A DNA stretch of 64,000 nucleotides from Bacteroidales bacterium (lineage in GTDB: Bacteria; Bacteroidota; Bacteroidia; Bacteroidales; Bacteroidaceae). The first letter of the stretch is position 1, and every line of letters starts with the position of its first letter. Positions 18,717 through 27,796 of the stretch are shown here, in pieces. The translations under genes were made by a program, and so were the position numbers. The stretch covers positions 13,217-77,216 of the forward strand of contig JAAYUD010000114.1 in NCBI GenBank assembly GCA_012517855.1, given 5' to 3'. The notes under the pieces were generated by a model. That model worked only from the letters and a program-made list of their open reading frames with translations. It was not told the DNA's origin and ran no database searches.

Positions 18717-20573
18717 ATGTCGAAAGATTACACTTTTGAGAAACGGAGGCTTGTAATAGGGAGCATTGCCATTCTAGTTGTGCTCATTTACATATTCCGT
18801 CTGCTATCGCTTCAAGTAATGACAGACGACTATAAGCGATATGCGGCAAATAACGCTTTCGTCAATCAAATACAATATCCCGCACGCGGATCTATATTAG
18901 ACAGACATAGGCAGTTGTTAGTATATAACCAACTAGCCTTTGACATTACTGTCGTCCCACATGATATGGAAGATGATCTTGATACGCTCGATTTGTGCAA
19001 TACCTTGGGAATTAGTAAAGAAATATTCATCCAGCGCATGACCGACATACAAGACCTGGATAAAAACCCCGGATATTCCAAATATACGAGCCAAGTATTC
19101 CTCACACAACTCAGTGACGAAGAAGTGTCCCCATTCCGCGAAAAGCTGTTTAAGTTTCGCGGATTTAATATTCAGCAACGTTCCATCCGCCAATATGCGT
19201 ATGATGCCGGTGGACAGATTTTGGGTGACATAGGTGAAGTATCGCCAGCCAATCTGGAAGACGACAGTTATTATACCCGCGGCGACTATATCGGTAAACA
19301 AGGTGTTGAAAAATCATACGAAAAATTCCTTAGAGGAGAGAAGGGTGTAAAGATCCTGCTTAGAGATGCACATGGTAGAATAAAAGGCTCATACCAGAAC
19401 GGCAAATATGACCATCGTGCAGTGCCCGGGCGTAATCTTGTTTTAAGCATCGATCTTAAGCTACAAAAGTTAGGAGAAAGATTGATGAAAAACAAAATAG
19501 GCAGTATTGTTGCTATAGAACCCTCAACCGGCGAGATTCTGTGCATGATATCTGCGCCATCATACAATCCGCAAATATTGGTAGGCAGAATGCGTGGAAA
19601 AAATCAGCATGCCCTGCAGAAAGATTGGCGCAAACCATTGCTCAATCGTTCTATTATGGGTGTTTACCCTCCGGGATCTACTTTCAAAGCAGCTCAAGCT
19701 TTGGCTTGCCTGCAAGAAGACATTATTACTCCCGGTACATCATTCGCATGCCATCACGGCTTCTTCTACGCAGGTCGTCATCTGGGTTGTCATGGGCACT
19801 CGTCACCGCTCTCATTGATACCGGCCATTGGAACATCGTGCAACACTTATTTTTGTATGAGTTTCAAAGCTTTTATCGATAGCCGCAAATTCCGTTCGCA
19901 CGACGAATCCATAACAATATGGAAAAACCACATGGTCAATATGGGATTCGGGTACAAATTGGGAGTCGACCTTCCCGGCGAAAAACGTGGTATGATACCA
20001 AATGCCAAATATTATGACAAGGCTTATCGCGGACATTGGAATGGATTGACTATTATAAGCGACGCCATCGGACAAGGCGAGATATTGGCTACGCCACTAC
20101 AAATAGCCAACCTAGCGTCTACAATTGCTAATCGAGGCTATTTTATCACCCCACATATTGTTCGGCATATTCAAGGAGCACAGCTAGATCCCAAGTATTA
20201 TAAGCCGAGATACACGGGAATTGATAAAAAATATTATATGGACATTGTTCGTGGTATGCGCAACGCATTTACAGCAAACCAAGGGACATGTAAATCGGGC
20301 AACTTTACCAATATCGAGATGTGTGGTAAAACCGGAACAGCACAGAATCATGGCATTGACCACTCGGCCTTCATGGGATTCGCACCTATGAACAAGCCTC
20401 AAATAGCCATTCTGGTTTATGTAGAAAACGGCGGTTGGGGAGCAGATTTCGGTGTACCTATAGGGGCATTGATGATGGAACAATTCATAAATGGAAAGCT
20501 TTCGGAGAGCAGTGAGAAACGTGCCGAAGCAATGAGTAATAGAGTTATTTCGTATGGATATCAGGAACGTTAG
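18717..20573 (+). CDS. mrdA: Penicillin-binding protein 2 (elongasome transpeptidase)
   Basis: SxxK (GSTFK), SxN (TSCN) and KTG (GKTGT) motifs; N-terminal anchor. Confidence 0.9.
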   Translation: MSKDYTFEKRRLVIGSIAILVVLIYIFRLLSLQVMTDDYKRYAANNAFVNQIQYPARGSILDRHRQLLVYNQLAFDITVVPHDMEDDLDTLDLCNTLGISKEIFIQRMTDIQDLDKNPGYSKYTSQVFLTQLSDEEVSPFREKLFKFRGFNIQQRSIRQYAYDAGGQILGDIGEVSPANLEDDSYYTRGDYIGKQGVEKSYEKFLRGEKGVKILLRDAHGRIKGSYQNGKYDHRAVPGRNLVLSIDLKLQKLGERLMKNKIGSIVAIEPSTGEILCMISAPSYNPQILVGRMRGKNQHALQKDWRKPLLNRSIMGVYPPGSTFKAAQALACLQEDIITPGTSFACHHGFFYAGRHLGCHGHSSPLSLIPAIGTSCNTYFCMSFKAFIDSRKFRSHDESITIWKNHMVNMGFGYKLGVDLPGEKRGMIPNAKYYDKAYRGHWNGLTIISDAIGQGEILATPLQIANLASTIANRGYFITPHIVRHIQGAQLDPKYYKPRYTGIDKKYYMDIVRGMRNAFTANQGTCKSGNFTNIEMCGKTGTAQNHGIDHSAFMGFAPMNKPQIAILVYVENGGWGADFGVPIGALMMEQFINGKLSESSEKRAEAMSNRVISYGYQER

Positions 20574-21999
20574 CGTTTGGAGCAAATTAGATTGGTGGAC
20601 CATCGCCATTGTTGCAACCCTACTTGTAATGGGATGGTTCAGCGTTTGTGGAGCAAGTTATGACTTTGACAAAACAAACTTTTTCCAATTTTCAACTCGT
20701 GCCGGCAAGGAGTTCATTTGGATTCTCTGCTCGTGCGCTATCGGTTTTATCATACTTATGCTTGACGATAGCCTGTTCGATATCTTTGCATTCCTGATAT
20801 ATGCCGGAATGATGGGGCTACTATTCATCACTATTTTTATAGCACCCGACGTAAAAGGTTCTCACTCTTGGCTCGTTCTAGGCCCAATAAGTATACAGCC
20901 TGCAGAGTTTGCAAAATTTGCGACTGCGTTAATGCTAGCCAAGTATATGAATTCTTATTCGTTCAACATAAAGCACAACAACTGCCGCATCACACTCGCT
21001 GCTATCATCTTGACTCCTATGCTGCTCATCATTGGCGAGCGCGAAACAGGTTCGGCATTGGTCTACCTCGCATTTTTCTTGGTGCTCTATCGCGAAGGCA
21101 TGCCCGGTGCTGTACTTTATGGAGGATTCTGCGCCATACTTTATTTCATTGTCGGCATCCGTTTTGGTTCTGTAATGATGAACGACGGGACGACGCCTAT
21201 AGGCGAATTTGTTGTTCTATTGTTTATCATCGTTTCTACAGCCTGCATGGTCTATGTCTACACTAAACAGCATGAAAAAGCACGCAACATTGCGATATTC
21301 CCAATACTAGTTATTGCTATAGCCTATGCTATTTCAAGCCTCTTCATCTCTTTCAATGTGGTCTATGTAGAATGGGTAGTATGCATTGGCACAATAGGCT
21401 ATCTCATCTTCTTATGGATATACGACAGAAAGATTGTCTACATGTGGATAGCCATATTTGCAATAGGTTCTATAGGCTTTCTATATTCATCCAACTATGT
21501 TTTCAACAACATACTTGAGCCGCACCAACAAGTCCGTATTAAGGTAGTATTGGGCATGGAAGAAGACCTGACCGGTGCCGGATACAATGTCAACCAATCA
21601 AAAATAGCCATCGGATCGGGAGGAATCTTGGGTAAAGGATTTCTCAAAGGCACACAGACGAAGCTAAAATATGTACCCGAACAAGATACCGACTTTATCT
21701 TTTGTACAGTAGGCGAAGAGCAAGGATTTATAGGCTCATCAATAGTGCTACTTCTTTTCTTGATACTGATATTACGACTCATCCATCTGGCAGAACGACA
21801 GTCAACCGTTTTCGGACGAGTCTACGGTTATTCGGTGGTCAGCATCTTCCTATTTCACATCTTTATCAACATCGGTATGGTATTGGGTGTAACCCCCGTT
21901 ATTGGTATTCCTCTACCCTTCTTTAGTTACGGCGGTTCATCACTTTGGGGATTTACAATTCTCTTGTTCATCTTCTTACGAATTGATGCAAACAGGTAA
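20554..21999 (+). CDS. rodA: Rod shape-determining protein RodA (SEDS family)
   Basis: Polytopic FtsW/RodA/SpoVE-type protein ending PLPFFSYGGSS; overlaps the mrdA stop. Confidence 0.85.
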   Translation: MDIRNVSVWSKLDWWTIAIVATLLVMGWFSVCGASYDFDKTNFFQFSTRAGKEFIWILCSCAIGFIILMLDDSLFDIFAFLIYAGMMGLLFITIFIAPDVKGSHSWLVLGPISIQPAEFAKFATALMLAKYMNSYSFNIKHNNCRITLAAIILTPMLLIIGERETGSALVYLAFFLVLYREGMPGAVLYGGFCAILYFIVGIRFGSVMMNDGTTPIGEFVVLLFIIVSTACMVYVYTKQHEKARNIAIFPILVIAIAYAISSLFISFNVVYVEWVVCIGTIGYLIFLWIYDRKIVYMWIAIFAIGSIGFLYSSNYVFNNILEPHQQVRIKVVLGMEEDLTGAGYNVNQSKIAIGSGGILGKGFLKGTQTKLKYVPEQDTDFIFCTVGEEQGFIGSSIVLLLFLILILRLIHLAERQSTVFGRVYGYSVVSIFLFHIFINIGMVLGVTPVIGIPLPFFSYGGSSLWGFTILLFIFLRIDANR

Positions 22000-22077
22000 C
22001 TATCATCAATTGACATCATCCTCTTCAAGCCGTTTCATCTACAAGATGAATATCATTCATTGACAACATACAGCATT

Positions 22078-22175
22078 TTCATTCGTTTGGTCACGACCAT
22101 ACATATGTTTGGTCATGACCATACACTTGTTTGCTCGTGATCAAACGCGTGTATGGTCGTGACCAAACGAATGAA
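22078..22175. repeat. Composite palindrome A (three direct units at 22-nt period + inverted unit)
   Basis: 26-bp perfect inverted arms 22078-22103 / 22150-22175. Units GTTTGGTCACGACCATACA, GTTTGGTCATGACCATACA and GTTTGCTCGTGATCAAAC start at 22085, 22107 and 22129. Confidence 0.9.
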
Positions 22176-22352
22176 CAGTAAGTACGAAAGCATTGAATCT
22201 TATGGAATAGGAGGTTGAATGAAAAGGAAGAAAAAGATGCGTGCCATTACACTAGAAAGTTACTACATCATAACTTCTTTATTATCATATACATTTATAG
22301 GTTAACGTCCAAAAATAAATGAATTTATGTTCTTTTATCTCCCATAAAATAC

Positions 22353-22360
22353 TATCTTTG
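22353..22360 (+). promoter_or_regulatory. Candidate -7 promoter box
   Basis: TATCTTTG matches TAnnTTTG, 38 nt upstream of ATG 22399. Confidence 0.45.
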
Positions 22361-22398
22361 TTCAGAATAATTTATTAATCCGAATATTTTTTTGAACT

Positions 22399-23346
22399 AT
22401 GAATAGAATTTGTGAACTTTTCGGCATTCAGTACCCCATCATCTCAGGAGGTATGGTATGGTGTAGCGGATGGCGACTAGCCTCGGCAGTAAGCAATGCT
22501 GGGGGATTAGGGCTTATTGGCTCCGGTTCGATGCATCCGGAAACTCTCAGAGAGCACATTCGAAAATGTCGATTGGCAACCGACAAATCGTTTGGAGTAA
22601 ATATTCCACTGATATACCCCGAAATAGAGACTATTATCAAAATAGTAATAGAAGAAGGTGTCAAAATTGTTTTCACTTCTGCAGGAAGCCCTAAAACATG
22701 GACAAAGCACTTGCAAGAGAGTGGAATAAAAGTAGCACACGTAGTATCGAGCAGTAAGTTTGCAGCCAAGTGTGAAGAAGCCGGAGTAGATGCAATAGTT
22801 GCAGAGGGCTTTGAAGCGGGAGGTCATAACGGAAGAGAAGAAACGACAACAATGTGCCTCATTCCGGCAGTGAGAAAGGCTACGAGTCTACCACTAATAG
22901 CAGCAGGAGGTATTGCCTCGGGGGAAGCGATACTCGCAGCGATGACTTTGGGTGCCGAAGGCATTCAAGCCGGTACAGTATTTGCACTGACTGAAGAAAG
23001 TTCTGCTCACCAAAACTTCAAAAACTTTTGCCTACAACTAAAAGAAGGCGAGACCCTTTTATCGCTCAAACAACTTGCTCCTACCCGACTCGTCAAAAAC
23101 AGTTTTTTCAAACAAGTGCAAGAAGCTGAAGCTCGGGGAGCATCTGCCGAAGACATGAAAATACTCTTAGGCAAAGGACGCGCAAAAAAAGGACTTTTTG
23201 AAGGCGATTTGGATGAAGGAGAACTGGAGATAGGACAAGCAGTTTCTTCTATCAACAAAATTCAGACAGTAAAAGATGTTATGAATGGATTGGTCTGTGA
23301 TTATAATACGGCATTAAACAATGCAAAGACAATGCCTGCGTTTTGA
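22399..23346 (+). CDS. NAD(P)H-dependent flavin oxidoreductase (nitronate monooxygenase / FabK-like)
   Basis: 315 aa TIM-barrel NMO-type sequence (PIISGGM, AGGIASG motifs). Confidence 0.75.
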   Translation: MNRICELFGIQYPIISGGMVWCSGWRLASAVSNAGGLGLIGSGSMHPETLREHIRKCRLATDKSFGVNIPLIYPEIETIIKIVIEEGVKIVFTSAGSPKTWTKHLQESGIKVAHVVSSSKFAAKCEEAGVDAIVAEGFEAGGHNGREETTTMCLIPAVRKATSLPLIAAGGIASGEAILAAMTLGAEGIQAGTVFALTEESSAHQNFKNFCLQLKEGETLLSLKQLAPTRLVKNSFFKQVQEAEARGASAEDMKILLGKGRAKKGLFEGDLDEGELEIGQAVSSINKIQTVKDVMNGLVCDYNTALNNAKTMPAF

Positions 23347-23407
23347 AAGGGCTATAGATTTGAGTAGCTATGGAATCTATAAGATTCTAAATTTAACTCA
23401 TCGATCT

Positions 23408-23415
23408 TATATTTG
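23408..23415 (+). promoter_or_regulatory. Candidate -7 promoter box
   Basis: TATATTTG matches TAnnTTTG, 37 nt upstream of ATG 23453. Confidence 0.45.
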
Positions 23416-23452
23416 AAGAGAACTAAGGTATAACTATAAAATTATTAAGACA

Positions 23453-23980
23453 ATGCTAAGTAAAAAAATTGAAGAGGCGCTAAATGCCCAAATTAATGCA
23501 GAGATGTGGTCGGCATATCTTTATATGTCAATGGCATCTTATTGCCATTTCAACGGCCAGTCTGGTATCGGTAAATGGTTTGAGGTTCAATTTAAAGAAG
23601 AGCAAGACCATGCCATGATCTTCTTTAACCACATTATTTCTCGTAACGGAAAGGTTACTTTGAAACCTATTGATGCCGTGCCTAACGATTGGAAATCTAT
23701 CTTGGATGTTTTTAAAACCACCTTGGACCATGAGCAGAAAATAACTCAACTCATTAATAATCTATTCACTTTAAGCACGCAAGAGAACGATTATGCAACA
23801 CAAAGTATGCTCAAGTGGTTTATTGACGAACAAGTTGAGGAAGAAGACAATGCCCAAACAATCATTGACAACCTCAACATGATAAAAGACAATGGTTACG
23901 GTCTGTATATGATAGACAAAGAATTGGGAGTCCGCACTTATACTGTCGCAGCTCCTTTATTAGCTAATGCAGGAAAATAA
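23453..23980 (+). CDS. Non-heme ferritin
   Basis: 175 aa. Ferritin-like N-terminus LNAQINAEMWSAYLYMSMASY and di-iron ligand pattern (EEQDHA). Confidence 0.85.
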   Translation: MLSKKIEEALNAQINAEMWSAYLYMSMASYCHFNGQSGIGKWFEVQFKEEQDHAMIFFNHIISRNGKVTLKPIDAVPNDWKSILDVFKTTLDHEQKITQLINNLFTLSTQENDYATQSMLKWFIDEQVEEEDNAQTIIDNLNMIKDNGYGLYMIDKELGVRTYTVAAPLLANAGK

Positions 23981-23994
23981 TCTTGAATATAATG

Positions 23995-24032
23995 GATGCA
24001 GTCAGACAAGATTCGGGCTGCATCTTTATTTT
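23995..24032 (+). terminator. Terminator hairpin between convergent ferritin and pentapeptide genes
   Basis: Stem GATGCAG / CTGCATC followed by TTTATTTT. Confidence 0.6.
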
Positions 24033-24042
24033 CTACAATTTT

Positions 24043-24594
24043 TTACTTGATTATTATATTGAGATGGGCAACCAAGCCCCTAAGTCCCTCCTCCGAGAAG
24101 ATCGTTTTATATAGTCTATTGCCACTAGGATTGATAATAAAATTAAAAGAAGTAGAGAAGTCGACCTTTTCCAAATTGGTTTTATTAAATGAAGTACGCA
24201 ACAAATCGCATTCTTTAAAGACAGAAGCAGTTAAGTCGGCCTCATCAAAATAAGCTTCACGCAGGTTACAATCAACGAAAGAACTTTTCTTCATTTTCAA
24301 CTGGACGAAAGAAACATAATCCATTAATGACTTTTCGAACCATAAGGAACCGGACAAACTTCCAATATTTGCAAAATCGGCGCCGGTAAGCCTACACTCT
24401 ACAAACTTGGCCACATTGAGATTGCACAGCAATTTACACAGAGAGAAATTGCACCTTCTAAATTCACAATCGTTAAAACGAATATCGGCAAGAGATAAAC
24501 TTGAAAAATCGCAAGAATCAAATATACATGATTCATATTCTGAATCCAAATGGTTCTCTTTAAAATCTATTTTCTGAAAAGTCTGATCATCCAT
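24043..24594 (-). CDS. Pentapeptide repeat-containing protein
   Basis: 183 aa made almost entirely of A(D/N)LxX-type pentapeptide repeats (CDFSSLSLADIRFNDCEFRRCNFSLC...). Confidence 0.8.
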   Translation of the reverse strand: MDDQTFQKIDFKENHLDSEYESCIFDSCDFSSLSLADIRFNDCEFRRCNFSLCKLLCNLNVAKFVECRLTGADFANIGSLSGSLWFEKSLMDYVSFVQLKMKKSSFVDCNLREAYFDEADLTASVFKECDLLRTSFNKTNLEKVDFSTSFNFIINPSGNRLYKTIFSEEGLRGLVAHLNIIIK

Positions 24595-24730
24595 CTATCA
24601 CCTATTATTATATTAATCGAATGGGAAAGATAACAAAAGCTCTTTGATTCTACAATATGCCCGTCGTGCCATTCTTATATGACGCTTGGCAAAAGTAGCC
24701 GCTTCGATACTGCCCACCTTTTGAAACCGA

Positions 24731-25216
24731 TCAACGGTATTCCAGACGAAAACCTACATCGGTAATACCCTTTAGTACATCATCTTTCATTCCTTGTGAT
24801 ACTCTTATAATAGCATGTTTGGGATGAGGAGGCAACTTAAGCACCCTGATATAGGCCGACGACTGATAGTAATTTCCACCTCCTGTACCTTTCCATTTGC
24901 CAAAAGTATCGGCCAACACAAAACGAATTGTATCTGTTTGCCAATGTAACGAATCAGCAATATTTTGCTTGACAACTAAATAGAAGTCGGCATAGGGATA
25001 TTCCAATGTATTGCGCACTTCGGCAGTAAGGGCCACAACCCGAGCACTGTCGGAAGGGAGTAATTGGAACTTAAGAGTATCTTTCTTCAACCATCCTTTA
25101 CTGGCAGTCGACTGATACTCATGATAAATTGTTTTATGTTCATTGCTGCAAGCCACAATGGTACACAGCAGAGACAAACACACCACAATGTGCCTACTTA
25201 TCAGAACTCTTCTCAT
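24731..25216 (-). CDS. gldH: Gliding-motility-type lipoprotein GldH
   Basis: Lipobox LCTIVAC, about 160 aa, C-terminal GITDVGFRLE as recalled for the GldH family. Conserved position after holB and PSP1. Confidence 0.65.
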   Translation of the reverse strand: MRRVLISRHIVVCLSLLCTIVACSNEHKTIYHEYQSTASKGWLKKDTLKFQLLPSDSARVVALTAEVRNTLEYPYADFYLVVKQNIADSLHWQTDTIRFVLADTFGKWKGTGGGNYYQSSAYIRVLKLPPHPKHAIIRVSQGMKDDVLKGITDVGFRLEYR

Positions 25217-26558
25217 TCGACTGTTGATTCTGTTTCTGCGACGGTTGTTGTCCTCCCTGTTGCTGACGAGGAGGCCTTTGGCGCTGCTGATTATTATCCG
25301 TATTGTTATTACGGCGAGGATAATTGCTATTGCGGCGATTTTGTTGTGGACGCCCTTCTTGCTGCCGATTATCTTGGCTGCGGTTTTCCTGCTGCGGACG
25401 ATTTTCCTGAGGACGATTTTCCGAACCGTTGTTTTGACGGTTCACAGGATTATTCGAGCGCTGACGTCCATTTTTCTTTCTCTTGTTATCATTGCGATGA
25501 TTATCAAAGCGAGTCAAACTCTCCTGCTCAAGCAAATCGGCCGAACGTGGAGTCTGTTCAATGTGCTCCGGTTCCAATAAACTATCCGGTTTTATACCAC
25601 GTTTATTCAATTCATATATTTCGAAAGCCCTCTGACCAGCAATCGTTATCAGATTCGCAGGGACGACCTTATCGGTAGAATAAGTTATCGTATTTGTCAG
25701 AATATCCGCTTTAAAGAAATAGTAAGTACTATCTTTGGTCTGCAACTCTATTTCCCTAGAAGGCAAACGGCGCTGAGCCTCAACATAGCAATCCACTTCA
25801 TAATTAAGACAACACTTTAATTTAGCACACTGACCGGCAAGTTTCTGTGGATTGAGCGAAATATCTTGAATTCGAGCAGCATTGGTAGACACGGAGATGA
25901 AACTCGTCATCCAACTGGCACAACAAAGTTCTCTACCACAAGGGCCTATACCACCTATACGACCAGCCTCCTGTCGAGCGCCGATCTGTTTCATTTCAAT
26001 ACGTACCCTAAAGACTTCCGCCAGTACTTTTATAAGCTGACGAAAATCGACACGTTCATCTGCGATATAGTAGAAAATAGCCTTGTTACCATCTCCTTGA
26101 TATTCTACATCGCCTATTTTCATTTTTAGTCCCAAGCTAAGAGCTATCTGCCGAGAACGGATCATCGTATCATGTTCCTTTGCTTTCGCCTCATTGTATT
26201 TATCCATATCCACCGGCTTCACTTTTCGATAAATACGTTTCAACTCACTAGCTGGAGTTTTATAATTGCACCTCCGCATTTGAAGCGGCACCAATCTACC
26301 CGTCAATGTCACCGTTCCAATATCATGCCCGGGCGTTGCTTCAACAGCAATAACATCTCCCTTATCCAAGGGTATTTTATTACTATTGTGATAATATTCC
26401 TTTCGGGTATTTTTAAATTGGACTTCAACCAAATCACATTCATCAACGTTTCCCGGCACATCAGCCAACCAATCATACGTATTTAACTGCTTATCTTGTC
26501 TGGCGCAACTTCGACAACAGAATCCTCCACTGCCATTATGTAATATAAATTTTTTCAT
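25194..26558 (-). CDS. PSP1 domain protein (RicT/YaaT-like) with R/Q/N-rich C-terminal tail
   Basis: Core VFRVRIEMKQIGARQEAGRIGGIGPCGRELCC and Cys cluster; last ~110 aa are low complexity. Confidence 0.8.
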   Translation of the reverse strand: MKKFILHNGSGGFCCRSCARQDKQLNTYDWLADVPGNVDECDLVEVQFKNTRKEYYHNSNKIPLDKGDVIAVEATPGHDIGTVTLTGRLVPLQMRRCNYKTPASELKRIYRKVKPVDMDKYNEAKAKEHDTMIRSRQIALSLGLKMKIGDVEYQGDGNKAIFYYIADERVDFRQLIKVLAEVFRVRIEMKQIGARQEAGRIGGIGPCGRELCCASWMTSFISVSTNAARIQDISLNPQKLAGQCAKLKCCLNYEVDCYVEAQRRLPSREIELQTKDSTYYFFKADILTNTITYSTDKVVPANLITIAGQRAFEIYELNKRGIKPDSLLEPEHIEQTPRSADLLEQESLTRFDNHRNDNKRKKNGRQRSNNPVNRQNNGSENRPQENRPQQENRSQDNRQQEGRPQQNRRNSNYPRRNNNTDNNQQRQRPPRQQQGGQQPSQKQNQQSNEKSSDK

Positions 26559-26573
26559 TACTACTTTCTGATA

Positions 26574-27689
26574 TTAAATTTTAAGCAACATTATCATCTT
26601 CAGCGAAAAGTCGAAGAATACTATTTTGCTATTTACATTCCGTCCTATATCATTTAGAGCATTATCAAGTTCCTTAGCAATGCCCCTCACATTTCTTTCG
26701 TTCACATAGGGAGAGAAGCGCGATACAAATTGCTCTTCCCGCTGTGTCATATAGTTCAAATCCGGCAAATGCAAATTGTAAATAAAGCTTTCCCTTATCA
26801 TTCGCAAGGCATACTCCAAAAAACGCTTTTGCCGCTCACGTCCTATCGTCGCAAGCTGTTCACTCCACAATTTCATTTCTCTTATTTTACGCTGATAAGA
26901 CAAACGCATAAGATTGACAAAAAGATCGAAAAACATCTGAGAATCGCCATTTTCATCATTGAGGGCCTGCTTGATAGCCGCCGTTACATTGCCATTCGAC
27001 AAATGCGCTATTCTTTCAGCGTCATTGGACTGTAACGAATAGCGTTGTTGCAACATCTCCGAGATCAACCGATGCTCAACCCGATGAATAGTAAGCTGCT
27101 GTGTACGGCTCAGTATCGTAGGTAAAATTTTTTCCGGTTCATCAGACACTAATAGAAAGATGGTCTTCAGCGGAGGTTCTTCAATTAACTTGAGTAACTT
27201 GTTTGAAGCCTCTTCATTCATCTTCTCAGGAAGCCAGATAATTGTTACCTTATACCCACCCTCAAAAGATTTCAAGCTAAGGCGTTTGATCAGTTCATCA
27301 CTTTCACGAGCATAAATAATAGGCTGGGCATTCTTAGCATCCAAGTAATCAAGCCAGTCGTCAAAAGAAAAATAAGGATTCTTCAGCAGGCATTGCCGCC
27401 ATTCTTTTATATAATCGTCGCTAATGGCCTTCTTAACAACCGGAAAAACAAAGTGTAAATCAGGATGTGCTAATTTATTGACCATAACACAAGAATGGCA
27501 AGTGCCACACGAATCCTCGTCCCCCGCATTGGCACAAAGCAAATATCGAGCGTACGCCAAAGCTAAAGGAAGCTTTCCAATGCCGGGAGCACCACAGAAT
27601 AATTGGGCATGAGATATTCTCCCTGCTTTTGTTTCACTTATAAGCCGGTTCTTTATATCATCTTGTCCTATTATCTCTCTAAACAGCAT
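26574..27689 (-). CDS. holB: DNA polymerase III subunit delta-prime
   Basis: AAA+ clamp-loader fold: GAPGIGK Walker A, zinc module CGTCHSC, SRTQ sensor. Confidence 0.85.
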   Translation of the reverse strand: MLFREIIGQDDIKNRLISETKAGRISHAQLFCGAPGIGKLPLALAYARYLLCANAGDEDSCGTCHSCVMVNKLAHPDLHFVFPVVKKAISDDYIKEWRQCLLKNPYFSFDDWLDYLDAKNAQPIIYARESDELIKRLSLKSFEGGYKVTIIWLPEKMNEEASNKLLKLIEEPPLKTIFLLVSDEPEKILPTILSRTQQLTIHRVEHRLISEMLQQRYSLQSNDAERIAHLSNGNVTAAIKQALNDENGDSQMFFDLFVNLMRLSYQRKIREMKLWSEQLATIGRERQKRFLEYALRMIRESFIYNLHLPDLNYMTQREEQFVSRFSPYVNERNVRGIAKELDNALNDIGRNVNSKIVFFDFSLKMIMLLKI

Positions 27690-27796
27690 ACATAAATTTT
27701 GGTTAATCCCTATTTAAATACAATATTCGCTATATTTTATCTTTCGTGCAAGAATTTACAAATAAATAATCTAAAACAAAATATCTTTATCTAATA

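Noticed and set aside
22078-22175. Whether arrays A and D are phase-variable invertons (inverted repeats flanking an invertible promoter).
   Set aside because: The arms are separated by only 46 and 36 nt. This is far shorter than known Bacteroides invertible promoter segments, no TAnnTTTG box lies between the arms, and there is no recombinase nearby.
25064-25678. 204-aa and 145-aa plus-strand ORFs with striking repetitive composition.
   Set aside because: They are the antisense reading of the repetitive R/Q/N-rich tail of the PSP1 gene, so the repetition is explained by that gene.
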